From positions 108,810,001-108,874,000 of the forward strand of contig NC_042998.1 of assembly GCF_006345805.1 (NCBI RefSeq): a stretch of 64,000 nt of DNA. Direction: 5' to 3'. Shown here piece after piece: positions 1-13,499 of the stretch. A model generated the notes under the pieces. The model saw only the letters and a program-made list of their open reading frames with translations. It searched no databases and had not been told where the DNA came from. The stretch comes from Octopus sinensis. Taxonomy: Eukaryota. Made by a program: the position numbers and the translations under genes. Position 1 is the first letter of the stretch; each line of letters opens with the position of its first letter.

Positions 1-493
1 GCAAAACTGTACAACTCACTCAGGTGTATATTTTTGGTCATCAGTAAGAAAATCCTATCCGAGAAGCTACTAATCCTGGTGGGCGAAACATTCATAGAAT
101 ATGCGGATCACTGTCAAACCTCTCTGCTTACTTATCTTTGATGTAGGTAGAGACGTTCAAAATCTAATATTGATGTAGAAATTTGCGCTATTGGTTAATA
201 GTTTTCAGTTTTTAATGTTAACAGTCATGATTTTATCTAGCATCCAATTTTATATAACCCACAAGTTGGAATTCGAGCCACAAGTATATTGTGAATAACT
301 GATTTAGAGCATGTAGAGAGTTCTGAATACTAAACTTTTCATTGGGATTTTATAATCACTAGATAAGCGTTTTTCGTCATAATATCCTTCATGAAACACA
401 TTTTGGAAAACTTGTGATCCTCGATAGAGATGTTCATAGATTCCCTTTTAGTGATCCCTCATTTTATACTCATGTTGAAACATTCCTCTTGGT

Positions 494-535
<42 letters not shown>

Positions 536-1124
536 GCACACACACTATATATATATATATAAATAAAACTTACTTGGAAAACGGTGCGTGGGGTTCGATA
601 ACATAATAATATAAGTAATATATAAATATATGCATATATAGATACATATATGTACATACCTACATATATATATGTCTATATACACATGCATATATGGGTA
701 CAGGACATAAAAAACGTTGACGCAATGAGAAACGAAAACATAAAAACAAAAATACAGAAACAAACTTTTTCGAACAACGAAAAAAAGAAAACAAACAGTG
801 AAACGAGACATACAACATAAAGAATATTCCCCTTCTTCAGTTGTCGCTGTTTCATCTACTCCACGTTACGAAGGCAAGGAAAAGATGCGACTTCGTTGAA
901 ACAGTAATTCCCGCAATGCAAATTAAATAAAATTTGAAATTTTTTGCGGAGGGTGAAAGTGGTAACAAGAACAGGACAGTGAGGACAAAACAGTAAAAAC
1001 AAACGGTGAGAACAAAACCTGTAAAAACAACCGGTGAGGGCTGTTAAGTCGAGGCGATAGAAAAAATATTCTGAACGCGAGGACGACGAGCTTATGAAGC
1101 AGACACAATAAGCACGACGTGCTT

Positions 1125-1612
1125 ATACTGGTCGGAAATAAGGTAAAGAATGACTCATCTGAGAAAATAACATTCTTTCACTGCTCTAGGGACCAATTCT
1201 GTAAGATTTTACTCCACTCTAAACGCTTTGCAACGTCTTTTTTTGAAACTAGTGGTTTTCTGATTGCAGCCCTCCCATGAAATCCGGCTTTGGGCAGCTC
1301 CTGGCAAACAATTTTTGTGGAAACTGGTTTCTCGAGGTGGTCATTAAGCTCTGCAGTAATTTTGGAAGCTGTACTTTTGTGATCTTTTCTAACAGTTCGC
1401 TTAAGAGTCCGACGGTCCCGCTGAAAGTTTTGGTTCTCTTCCGGAGCTTTGTTTCGACGAGGTTTTTCCCTCTTTCTCAAAGGCTCTCATTACTTTCGAG
1501 ACAGTGCTTCTTGATACAGGAAGCTTTTCAGATGTTTTCACTACGCGCGCGCCTGCCATACGATTACCAACAGTTCGATGTGTTTGGAAGTCCGATAGAT
1601 CTGTCATTTTAA
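1125..1612 (-). mobile_element. Tc1-family transposase relic (N-terminal HTH region to first catalytic Asp)
   Basis: ORF 1401-1607 (MTDLSDFQ...VSRSTVSKVMRAFEKEGKTS) frameshifts into ORF 1178-1480 (DRRTLKRTVRKDHKSTASKITAELN...AAIRKPLVS...RLEW). Past an in-frame TGA at 1178-1180 (probable W codon) the frame continues KNVIFSDES. Confidence 0.9.
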
Positions 1613-4600
1613 TGAATTTTAATTACCTTTTTCTAATGATATCTGAAAAGAAACAGCAATTTTAACAACACTATTAATAAATAAGAAAATGTGGATGTTC
1701 TCAACAGGTCCGCTGCTGCTTCTGGACTGAAGAAAACTCAAGTGATGCTTAAATCCGTTCCACATGAACCGCATATGAACCAAATATATATCATAAAATA
1801 TATATTTAAAAGTCAAATCTTGTAGTTGATTCTTGGCAACTTTCTTTTCAGGATGAATCTCTGAGACCAATCTGAAAATTGAGATGGCTTCAGTTGCACT
1901 TAGGAGTCTTGAAAGTCGACACTGGCCAGGAGAGTAATCAAATGTTTCTGCAAGCTATGAATCAATGATACCTGTGCTACTCGTCTATACCATAAACATC
2001 AGTACATCAAAATACAGAGGTGCTTAAAGTGAGAGTTGTGTATCTTTTAAAGTTCATACAAAATAGTTAGAATCTGGCCTTATCTAGGTTGGTGATAGGT
2101 TGGTAATGCTTTCTGTCTTGATGATTTCAAGATTATGAAGCAATAATTTATGCCAAATTACTTCCCGGAAATCCAAACTTCAGGATTTCGGAAAAGATAC
2201 ACTTAAAGCCTTCAATATTGCAACGGCACTTAATCTAAAATTGAACTGAAGTGAATGGTGGTTTGTAAACAAGGAGCGCAGTCTGCAGTTGGAGAACAAT
2301 CGAACTTCCTATCAAATGCCAATGCACTATAACTGCAGACTAATTTGAACTCTGTGTGATAGGGAGTCGAAACGTGACCGCATATGTACTGTCTATGGTA
2401 GTCGCACTTTCGAAAGTCGGTATTTTCATACAAGAAAGGTCATTGTTGGGAAACTCACACAAGATGCTTATATCCATACAATACCAATAAACTTACAAGT
2501 TTAATGGTGTAATCACGTGTTACCAGGCTGAAAATGCATTTTGAACGAATGGAAAGGGTTAGATGCTATGTTCGTGTTGTTTTTGACAAAAATCCGTACT
2601 CTGTCGCAAACAATCAAAAATATATTCAGTACTAGTTATTCATCCAATGGAGTACAGCAGTAAAAGTAGTGATCCTGTTACAGGAGCATATCCGCAATAA
2701 GGGAGTGATTATGAGATCAGTTTGAGAGCCACCATTCATGCATTATATGAATGAACGTATGGATGCATGTATGTATATGTCTGTTTTTTGGCCTGTCAGT
2801 ATGTATATATATATATATATATATCTTTCTCTCGCTCTCTCTTTGTCTCTCTCTCTCTCTCTCTCTCGCTCTCTCTCTCTCTCTATATATATATATATGA
2901 TGTGTGTGTGTGTGCGTGAGTATGTGTACGCGGATGTGTGTTTCTTTGTATGTAGATATGTATATTGTCTATGTGTATGAATATACCTGTGTGTTGTTAG
3001 TTGAGATACATACCCCAGCAGAATTCACACTGATTACCAGCAACGTAACAAGGCTTCTTTCTTAGACAAGAGAGTTTCTAGGGATTACTGAATAACTGGG
3101 CACGAGTTAATGTGTGAAACTGTGAGTGAATGTAAATACTCTATGTTGATGGTGTACATGTTTCTTTAGTACGCCAATGTTTGCAATATCTAGCCAAGTA
3201 TGTCGTATGCATACCCATGTAAATTCCAGAAAAGTCAAATATAAAAATATTTGTATATTTGCATGCACGTATATTTGTATTTATGAATATTAGTATGTGT
3301 GCATGCTTGTTTTTACACATATGAAAGTGGCAATATGTGAATTATCTTTATTTTTGTAAACCTATTCAATTGATTCTTGTGAAGACAAACTGATACATAA
3401 CTATTGAATTATGTTAGCAAAATTGTTCGTTTTACCTGCGTCATTCTCATTGCTAAATTTCAAGTAGTAACTAAGGCAACATTTCTTCGACAGCAGCTGA
3501 ATCAGCAATTCTACAATTACCACATCTTCAATGTGTACCTCCTCTCTTCACATTCTCTGTTTCTCTCTTCCTTCCTCTCTTTCTTTCTTTCTTTCTCTCT
3601 TCCTTCCTCTCTTTTTTTTTCTCTCTCTCTGTATTTGTTTCACTCTCTCTCTCACCTTTGTATTTGTCTCTCTCTTTCAGTATATATATATGTATGTATG
3701 TATGTATATATATATATACATACATATATACATCGATAAATATATATATATATATATATATGCACACACACACATACATGCGCACGCACACACACACACA
3801 CACACGCGCACACACACATACACAAACAGACAAAGATACACACATACATATTCATCCATATGGATAAATCGGTGCCCGAGTTGATGGCTTGTTGTTAGAC
3901 AAAATTTTATTTAGAATTATGTTTGTAGTACAAAATAGAAATTATAAACTAAAAGTAGAATGAATTATTAATAGAATTTTCTTCTTCTTCTTCTTCTTCT
4001 CCTTTTTCTTCTTCTTCTTCTTCTTCTTCTTCTCCTTCTTCTGCTTCTTCTTCTTCTCTTCCTTCTTCGTCCTCTTCATCAACATGGCCCCGACGATCAC
4101 CACCACCACGTAGGCCATCACCACTACTATCACTAGCACCAAGTCAGAGATAAAATACAACACAGTTACTGTGAAAGTAAACAGGAATTAACTGTTAAGT
4201 CATTTTAAATCTTGCAATGACAATTTTACCGGTTATAACATCATATCAATAATCTCCTGTTGTCTGCTACAAAACGTGGCAAAAACACGTCACTAGCATC
4301 ACTTCATTCATAAGATGACGGTAAGAAGGTCAAGCAATGTTAATTGATTTAAGGAAGATTGTTCCAAATTTAAAATATTAGACTAATAAGAAATAAGAAA
4401 AATCTAATTAAGCAGCGACCTTAGTTCCAGTCTTAAATATAACATGAATATATGTATGCATATTCATTTGAGAGTAAATTATATGTGATTAAATGGATGG
4501 CAATCTCTTTTTACCAGCTTGGAATAGGAAGGAGGACCCTCAATGACTATTGGAAGGAAAAGGGAAAGTTATCAAACAAGTGATCTAATATGAATGTACA

Positions 4601-4795
4601 GCTGAATAGGCCATTACCTAGAGTTGAGGAATTTAAGTTTATCTTTCAAAGCTGAAATGATTCCTCCAACAGACGTTCACACAGTTTTTGTATATCAAAT
4701 TTAACACACAAAGATTTGTTGACCCAAGGCTATAGGAGTAAACACAAGTTTGAATAATGTCTAGAGATTGATTTCAATTAAGTACTAAATTATAG

Positions 4796-5850
4796 ACGCG
4801 GGCGTGGCTGTATGGTAAGAAACTTGCTTCCCAACCACATGGTTCCAGGTTCAGTCCCACTGTCTGACACCTTGGGCAAGCTCCTACTACTATAGCCTCG
4901 GGCCAACCAAAGCTTTGAGAGTGAATTTAGTAGATGGAAACTGAAAGAAACCCGTCGTATCTATGTATGTATTTATATATACATATATATACTAGCAGTA
5001 CTGCCCGGCTTTCTCTCTCATTCTCTATCTTACTCTCTCACTCTCTCTCTCACTATCTCTCTAACTCTCTATTTCACTCTTTCTCTCTCACCCTCTCTAT
5101 CACACTCTCTGTCTCTCACTCTCTCTGTCTCTCACTCCCTCTATCTCACTCCCTCTATCTCACTCCCTCTCTCTCTCCCTCTCCCTCTCCCTCTCTCTCT
5201 CTCCCTCTCCCTCTCTCTCTCTCATTCTCTCTCCCCTCGGAAGACAAAGAATGACAGACAAAAGGATTATATCAACCCAGTGTGCAACTGGTACAGTTTT
5301 TAATGAACCCTGATATGATAAAAAGGAAAGCCGACCTCGGCGGAATTTAAAATCAGAATGTAACTGAGTAAAGTTCCCTATTCAATGCATGGGATAAGAC
5401 CTAAACAAACGCATTATCGATTTTTGCACTTGCGAGATAAATTTCGGAACAGAAATAGCGCAGTTCAATTTTCATTCGCTTAAACTTTAAGTGGCCCATC
5501 TTTGGTGGTTCTACGATTTGTTGGCTAGGAGGAGATGTGCCGGGAAGTTAAACACACAGACACACACACAGATACACACACAGACACACAAGTTGAGTTA
5601 TATATATATATATATGTATTTATGTATGTATGTATGTGTGTGTGTTATTGTCTGTGTTTGTTCCTCTTCCACCATCGCTTGAAAACCGATGCTGGTGTGT
5701 TTACGTTCCCGTGACCTAGCAGTTCGGAAGAAAAGACCGATCGAATAAGCACTAGGCTTACAAAGAATAAGTCCAGAGGTCGATTTTATCGACTAAAAGG
5801 CGGTGCTCCAGCATGGCCACAGTCAAATGACTGAAAGAAGTAAAAGAAGA
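4796..5850 (+). mobile_element. tRNA-derived SINE (family A), split by an internal insertion
   Basis: The head has Pol III A-box (TGGCTGTATGG) and B-box (GGTTCAGTCCC) motifs at 4800-4860, and the first half ends near 4960. The second half (5640-5850) ends GGCGGTGCTCCAGCATGGCCACAGTCAAATGACTGAAA. An uninterrupted copy lies at 35125-35530. Confidence 0.8.
4992..5612 (-). mobile_element. Non-autonomous Helitron-like element nested in SINE A
   Basis: The minus-strand 3' end reads GCCGGGCAGTACTGCTAG|T (CTAG at 4992-4995), like the end of the 28.7-29.5 kb element. The 5' end resembles TATATATAA followed by a (GT)n tract. There is an internal (CT)n tract. Confidence 0.55.
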
Positions 5851-6616
5851 AAAGAATATGCAAATTTATTTTTGGATGGACGAAACTAAAGTGTAAGCTT
5901 TCCTTGTATAGTGGTACCTGTAAATCAATGAAAATGCATAAATCACATCTTGACAATGTTGAACACTCAACTCGTGAATATCGTATCAAAGACTGTTTAC
6001 TCAATTCTAGAAAGAAAATAACGATTAAAATCCGTGAACATGGAGTGTTTAACGGACAACTGTTCAAAAATTTAGTTTTAGTCATTCATTCAACGCCACG
6101 CTTTTCGGAAACTATTTAATTCTAGTTTCAAGTGAGTGTGCTGAAATAATAGTTATAAGTAATGTTCAAAAATCCACATTTGCATATTGTAGTGATGTAC
6201 GTTATAGTGTTTCATATTGTATTATATTACATAGACATACCCGCAACTGTAAGTGAAAATGTAATAAGGCGAATTGTAGTGACATAAGAGCATTGAATAA
6301 AATGACGTCCCCTATTTGTTCAGATGTTCTAAGTTTAAACCTACCAAAGTCAGTTTCATACTTTCGTGATTGCTAAATAAAGAACGAATCCGTGTCAATG
6401 AATTACAGAAAACGTTAGAGCACTAGACTAAAAATCTTTGCATTATCTTTTTCAGCTATTTGAGTAGTCAATTCAGTTATAAGATTATTGGAAAATTATG
6501 GCATTGAGTCAAATATTAAAATGAAACTACAGATGGAAGTCCATTGAAATCACAAAACTAAAGTGACCTGTGTTTGTAAGAGCCTTATGCATTGGAAGTG
6601 AGTGGCAGAATTTCGT

Positions 6617-6686
<70 letters not shown>

Positions 6687-6719
6687 CCACACAGACAGAC
6701 AAACACGAACACACATGCA

Positions 6720-6754
<35 letters not shown>

Positions 6755-7279
6755 ATTGATGTGCTTATGTTTGAGTGTGTATGTGTATTCTTGGGTGACT
6801 GTATTCAGTTACCTATTTTAATCGAAGTTGCTTTATCTTAGCTAACTTTGAGACTTGTAGGCTAAATTAAGTTAATGCGTGAGGCTTCTATTTCTTCTGA
6901 ATAATGTAATGAATGAATTCAATCGTGCTAAGCTACAAAAATGTTAAAGTAATAAATACTTCCTAAATTTAAGATTTCATGCTCGATTTTCTAGTTCCAA
7001 TCTAAATTCTATATTTTGGTTTCATAAAAGTTATTTAGAAAAACGAATACTACATATTAGTGTTACGAAGAAATTACACATTTCTGATAGTAGTAAGAAT
7101 TTTAAAAAGCACCAAAATAAAGAACAAAAATTGCCTGATAGCGAGATATTCTAAGAATGGCAGATACACGTCTTTCTGTAAATGGCTTGTCCAGAATGTA
7201 GAACATAGGAGATCATGTGCTGATACAATTCTCTGTTTTTGTTTTCTCTTACAGTTCCCCTTCCTAATGTTTAATGCCT

Positions 7280-8620
7280 CTTTTTTCCAACCAGTTCCTC
7301 AAGCTTGACATCAGTATTATTCTTCTACTTCCTCAGCTTCTTTTCCCTTCCATCTTTCCAGCCATCGCTAAATTCTCCTGGCTCTCTTCCCTCATTACAT
7401 AACCAAGGAATCTCAGTTGCTTGGCCCTTATCCCACGAAGTAGTTACCTATTTGTTGCAGCCTGGTTATCACTTCATTGGATACTTTGTCTCAATATTCT
7501 CCTTAAGAGCCACATTTCATAGCTCTCCAAGCTTGCTTTCATTTCTAATGTTATAGACCATACTTCACTTCCATATTTATTAACAGAAAGTCAACATATC
7601 AGTTCAATATACAGATCTTGTTCTTGATGCTCAGAGCACGGTTTTTCAAGATGTTATAAAATTGTGAAAATGCAGATATTGACAGCACTATTCGGTTTTT
7701 GATCTACTTCACACGCCTTGCATCTTCTGTGACCACAATTCCAAAGTAGTTGAAGGATGATACCTGATACACGCTTAATTATTTGATTTTTCACTTTCAA
7801 CATTCCCTTTGGGTTTCTCTTTCTTCGTCACCACGATACCCTGTCTTCTGACAAATTATGAACAGGCTCTTCTTCTCACTTTCTACGATCACTACATTGA
7901 AAAATCTTTGAAGTTCATATTCTGATTCTGCAAGTAAGACTGTCATCTGCATATCTTATGTTTATGATGTTTCTCCCTGTTACCCGAAGACCTTTTTTCT
8001 TCTCCAGTTCTCTTATGATCAATTCGCTATAGTTATTATAAAGATGATTCTTAACTCCTCTCCTAATGTTAGATTCAGAAGTCTTTACCGTACAGCTCAA
8101 GGTTACTGAATCTTTAAATACGAAGGTGTTTCTATAATCTATGAAACACATGAAGTCGACTTTCTGCATCTCCACTGTCCGTTCCGTTATCATTCTCAAT
8201 ACAAAATTAGCATTCCAAGTCGCAGCAACCTTTGCAAAGCGAAACTTCAATTCCAATTTCATATGTTATTCTGCTTCTTGCCTACAGAAGTAAAATTGTC
8301 AGAGAAATCTTTGTGACGTGACTCATGCGACTAATCGTATGATGTTTTTCACAGTCCACCTCCTGATTTCTATGGGAGTGTAATAAAAATGGGTTTGCTC
8401 AAATCTTTTGAAACTTTTCATCATCATAGCTCTTGTTTATTACATCTATTAGTTTTCTAACTCCATATTCCTCTAATATATTTATCATCTCAATGACAAA
8501 TCCGTGTGGTCCAGCACCTTTGCAGAAACATGACAGAAGTATTGAATGCGATCGTTTCCCCCGTCGACTATCTATAGGTAGACAAGGTTTTATTATATGA
8601 ATTGCAGTCAACTTTTCAGC
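7280..8620 (-). mobile_element. RTE-clade LINE reverse transcriptase relic
   Basis: ORF 7915-8262 contains MCFIDY and NIINIRYADD. ORF 8399-8611 contains KGAGPHGFVIEMI. The 3' region reads LESYEMWLLRRIL. Many frameshifts and stops. Confidence 0.85.
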
Positions 8621-9602
8621 TGGCTATGAGGTATTACCAGGTTGTTTTCGTTCATGTAACCTTGAATAACAAATAAATTCAGTTACAAGGATAATATTTG
8701 AAGGAATAGTTAATATGTGTTTTCTTTTCTGTGCCTATTGTTCCAATTTTATATTTTATAATGCGATTTTCTCTAAGATGCTTGGACACAATGAGTATAA
8801 ATGCTTCTAAATAATAGCTTATTAAATGCATTTCCTCAATATTCTACTTGAATATTGCCCTCTCGTTCTGTTCAGATTCAAGACTATATTTGTATATTAA
8901 TTTCGGTCTCTGAGGAGCTCTTTTCCCTAAAGATAGTTCCTTCAACTTCCATAGACACTATACAGCCTTTCTTAGTCTGCTATATTGCAAAATAAGCATA
9001 CATTATTAGATATATATGGATATAAAAATCATGCATGTTAGTCAGGAAATTTCACTACGTTATATATTATATTTTTGTATGCCTACTTGTTATGAAAAAT
9101 TTTTTAATGAATGCGTCGTTTAGCAACAATGTTGTGACAAAGAGTTGTGGAAATGATGAAAAGACATTGACAAGATCACATGTAAGATGTCAAAGTAATT
9201 GTAGAACAGTCAACATTCTATTGGAAGAAATGTAATTGTTTCGTTTGTAAGTTGAAATACAAGGCAAATTCTCCTTCGGTGTGCAAGTAACAAAAACGGA
9301 GAGTGAACGTGAGAGGAAAAAGAATTATACAAATTCAAGCAAAGAAAAAGAAAAGATAAGAGAGAAAATATACAGAGAGAGAGAGAGAGAGAGAGAGAGC
9401 GAGGAGGGAAGGAGAGAAACGCATAAAAGGAGTGTTAGATCCAGATAGAAATATAAAAAGACGGAACGAGAGATATATAGAAATATATGATACAAAGAAA
9501 AAAAGCCAGAGAAGAGGAAAAAGTAGAGAAAAGAAAAGAAAAAATGAAGCGCGAAAAAGAATATCTTCTAGATTAGAGTGTTACTATTTATTTTTACTAG
9601 TC

Positions 9603-9678
<76 letters not shown>

Positions 9679-10580
9679 CATATAGACGTATGTATATGCT
9701 TAAAAGTTGTTCTTTGTGTCATGCTTTGCACAACCATTCGTTCAGGAGTTGAAGATTTTCTCGTTTCAGATTCCATAGCTCACCAGTTGTTATATACTGT
9801 AAAAACTGTGATGTTCTGTCCTCTCTCAAAAGAACCCAGGTTTTCGATTTAGGTTTCATATTTTACATATCCTCTCACACAAATGATAGTGGGTATAAAG
9901 TTGTATGCATGTTTTAGGTATTATATTTAAATTTGCATACGTTGTTTCTAGATACTTTATCCAGTATTTTTAAAGTGAAAGCTGACTTCTACAAAATGGC
10001 ATATTTTAATTTTGTCGTCCCCGAAAAAAAATATTAGATAGGTTACTTCACTTTTTAAAAAAATTTAGTTGCTGGTTTTTTTTTATTTCTTGTATTCAAC
10101 AGTATGTTTTTGATCTATCGGTTTCGTTTGTATTCGTTATTTCGCTCTGGCTACAATGTGCTGCAATTGGCAATGTTAGCTTAATGACTAGTTTTGGGTC
10201 TTGAATACATTGCTTTTGTTGTAAAAAGGTGCTTTTTAAAATCTTTTTTATTCACGATTGTCACCATAAACATATCGTTGATAGTAAAATGTTATAAACA
10301 CCAGTTCTTCATAGACTGCTTTAGTGTTGTTTATTCCCCACCTGGGTAGTGTTCTTAATTTCAAGTAATATATAAAAGCTGACCTGTACTTTGTTGCTAC
10401 TATGATTCTTAAGATTGACCAATGTTCATTCGAGAGAGATTAGTATCGGTTTGTGTTCCATGTTTATCTTAGTTTTACAATACTGGGTGTATATATTAGT
10501 ACAGACAAAAAGCAATACCTGCCTCCATAGCATGGGAAGTATAACCCATCTAAATACATACATACATTCATACATGCATG

Positions 10581-10642
<62 letters not shown>

Positions 10643-10771
10643 TAGTTGAATGAATTATCCTAGTATGGATAATTCGGTTAACCGATACCCGGGTAGCAAA
10701 TTCACGTCAGAAAAACACATATGTCGAGAATAAAGGAATTTTGTTAAATCTTCGTTCAACTTCATTCTTTC

Positions 10772-10822
<51 letters not shown>

Positions 10823-10825
10823 ATA

Positions 10826-10955
10826 GTTAATCCGAACATGAACAAAGAGAAAACAACAACGCGAGGACGTGGAACAATTATAGTGTTATTGGACACTCAG
10901 GAAAGGAAAGAAAGAAGGAGGATTTAACGTTTTGAGCGGAGCTCTTCGTCAGAAA
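10826..10955 (-). mobile_element. Penelope-pLTR-like short repeat with a degenerate minimal hammerhead
   Basis: The minus strand reads ATTT-CTGACGA-AGAGC TCC GCTC-AAAA-CGTT-AAAT, with GAAA mutated to AAAA. The downstream sequence is homologous to 28585-28700. Confidence 0.55.
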
Positions 10956-11179
10956 TGTAGAAAAAAGGAAAAGTCCAAGGAAGGGAAGACGGAGAAAGAA
11001 AATCGCCAACGATGCACACGCGGTCACATACCACTGAATTGTTGCGGTGGTAGATCTGAACGAAACAGGAAAGTAGAAGTTAAGTCAGGAACTGCAAGCG
11101 TCTTGGGAGCAATATGCAGCGTGTGTGCTGAAAGAGGTGATGGACGTATAATATTTTACTCATACAAAGTGCCCATTTG

Positions 11180-11360
11180 TATGTATGCATGCATGTATGA
11201 ATGTATGTATGTATGTATGTATGTATGTATGTATGTATGTATGTATGTATGTATGTATGTATGTATGTATGTATGTGTTTATGTATGTATTTATGTATGT
11301 ATGTATGTATGTATGTATGTATGTATATATGTATGTAAGTATGTATGTATGTGTGTATGC
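11180..11360. repeat. (GTAT)n tetranucleotide microsatellite
   Basis: Long GTAT array; source of the MYVC-type ORFs. Confidence 0.95.
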
Positions 11361-12299
11361 ATGCATGTATGTATATATGTAGGTACACTTGTATGCATTT
11401 ATGAGTATACTTGTATATGTATGTTTGTGTGTATGTGCCCTTGTGCTGTCTTTGAAATAAATTTAAATGTTTAAGCCATTTACTAACAAAATGATTAGTT
11501 GCGTCAGCAGAATTCCAAAGATATACATACTTACATACATATATTATTTAAAAAATTTTATATGGTTTCATGCATATATATATACATGAATTTGTAAAGT
11601 TATTTTGTAAACATTTCTGTATGTGAATGTCTAGTTGTACACAATGAGTTTACGTATCTTTTTAGTAGTCGAGCATGCGCTTGCTTTTTTCTGTATTTAT
11701 GTGTGCAGTATACATATGCTGCTGAAGTGTATACGTTTCTTTCTTAGAGACTCCAATGTAGAATCTTTAGAATGATTTATAAATCTTTACTGAATGATTA
11801 ATTGACTGGATATTGTAGATACAAACCATTTTGTTTTGTCCGTTCTCGAAGGAGAAAACAAGTCTTCATTTTCAGGCATTTGAGTAAGTCAGTTGTTTTG
11901 ATGTTCAGCTTCACTTGTGATATAAGTAAAAAGAAGACTTTATAATCAAGTATAACATCTGTTGATTTCACTGTGCTGGTTCACCATATAATTTTGCTTT
12001 TCCATAATTTTGGACGACACAGTCACTTTCGTCGTAAGGCTGTCTTTGCCACGATGTATGAATTTTGTTCGTTAACTCACAGAGCAACATCAGATCTGTT
12101 GCACCAGATTGTTTTAAATGGAATGGTTTTCTATCACTATTATTCCCTATTTATAAAGGTGTGAGCAAATTCTGGTCTGGTATGATTTTAGTGTGGTTAT
12201 GCTTCTCTTAGACACCATTGTAAACAGTTTTGAGAATAACATCATATGCCCTTGGTAGGAAATAAATGATATTTTTGATAAATACTGATTGTATAGATA

Positions 12300-12671
12300 T
12301 AAATATACTTCACGATGTCGTGCAGCTACTGTTTATACCTCGCTTAGAGATTCATTGTTGCTTGTTTCCAGTTTCTCGAGATCAGTAACATTTCGTCACT
12401 GGAAAAAGTAAATATATATTTGCATTGAGAATCATCTCTCATCGCCAACCGGTGATTGTAACACACTGATGAAGGGTCAATACCCAGAAACTCGGGTCCG
12501 TGTGTATCACGTCAGGCTGGAGATGGAAACGATGATTTCCCTTTGCAAATACTGATAGGGCACAGATAGTGTGTCAATAGCCAGCTGGAGAAGATGTCTT
12601 CCTGGGGCTACAAGCTACAGTAGCATTAACCCTTAAAGATTAGCCACATTTAGGTGGTAAATATACTTCAC
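12300..12671 (+). mobile_element. 358-nt terminally redundant hammerhead-containing unit (retrozyme/PLE-like), copy 1
   Basis: TAAATATACTTCAC is repeated at 12300 and 12658 (period 358). The unit is homologous throughout to the reverse complement of 37867-38281 and contains the hammerhead at 12461-12505. Confidence 0.75.
12461..12505 (+). ncRNA. Type I hammerhead ribozyme motif
   Basis: ACACA-CTGATGA-A GGG TCAATA CCC A-GAAA-CTCGGG-TC-CGTGT. The core is intact, stem III (ACTCGGGT) is self-complementary with G-U pairs, and the cleavage triplet is GUC. The core-proximal stem I pair is an A-C mismatch. Confidence 0.75.
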
Positions 12672-12774
12672 CATATATATATGCCTGGGCAACGTACACA
12701 TACTTTTTTTGACCTTCGACGAGAAAATACTTTTCAGGTTTCTGAAGGTAACCGATTCTTTTAGGGCTCTTGAG

Positions 12775-13300
12775 TCTCGTGTCTGATCCAAGCATGGCAT
12801 CATAATAGGGCAATCAAAGGTTGTGTACCGTGCGTGTGTTCTGATGTTGATCTTTTACTCATGTAAGATAGGAATCTTTGCAGGCATCATGCATGGTACT
12901 TGAACGCGTCCATCAGAGATATCTGAGATACAGTCTATATGTTGAGTTGGTTGTTCCTTTCAGATTACAGGCACAGAGGACTTGAGGGCAACTGAAATCC
13001 TGAGCACTGAAGCGTTAGAGCAGAAGCACCAACTACATGAGAATGGACATCTTGTTCGGAGGAATGATCAAAGAATTCCTGAGCAGATGCTACATGGTCA
13101 ACTTTTTTATGGATAACGTGCCCAGCAGAAAATAAGACTACGGTATAGTCCTCGTTGAAGGCATGTGAGATAGGAAAGATCAATTGGGAAACAATACATG
13201 TCATCGCCATCAGTGGAGAAAACATGTAACGGAATGTATGGGTATTTTTGAAGAAACACATTTTTCTTACTGCACTTAAGCGAGCTCCATGGCAACTCAC
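12775..13300 (+). mobile_element. RTE-clade LINE 3' end relic
   Basis: Fragments translate as KVVYRACV, LERVHQRYLR and GHLVRRNDQRIPEQMLHGQL, typical of RTE C-termini. Confidence 0.75.
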
Positions 13301-13499
13301 TGCTAATGTAGTTCATGAGTAAAGTTTGCGAGTGTGTGTATCTATCAAGTGCTGGGTTCATTAATTCCCAGCGGAGCCCCAAATGTAAAGTATAGTTTCG
13401 TCTCAGTGCACAGAGTTCTTAGTGGTCAGTGATGGTATTCCACAGTCAAGAGTAGACAGGAATCATACACACACGCACGTGCGCATATATATATATGAA

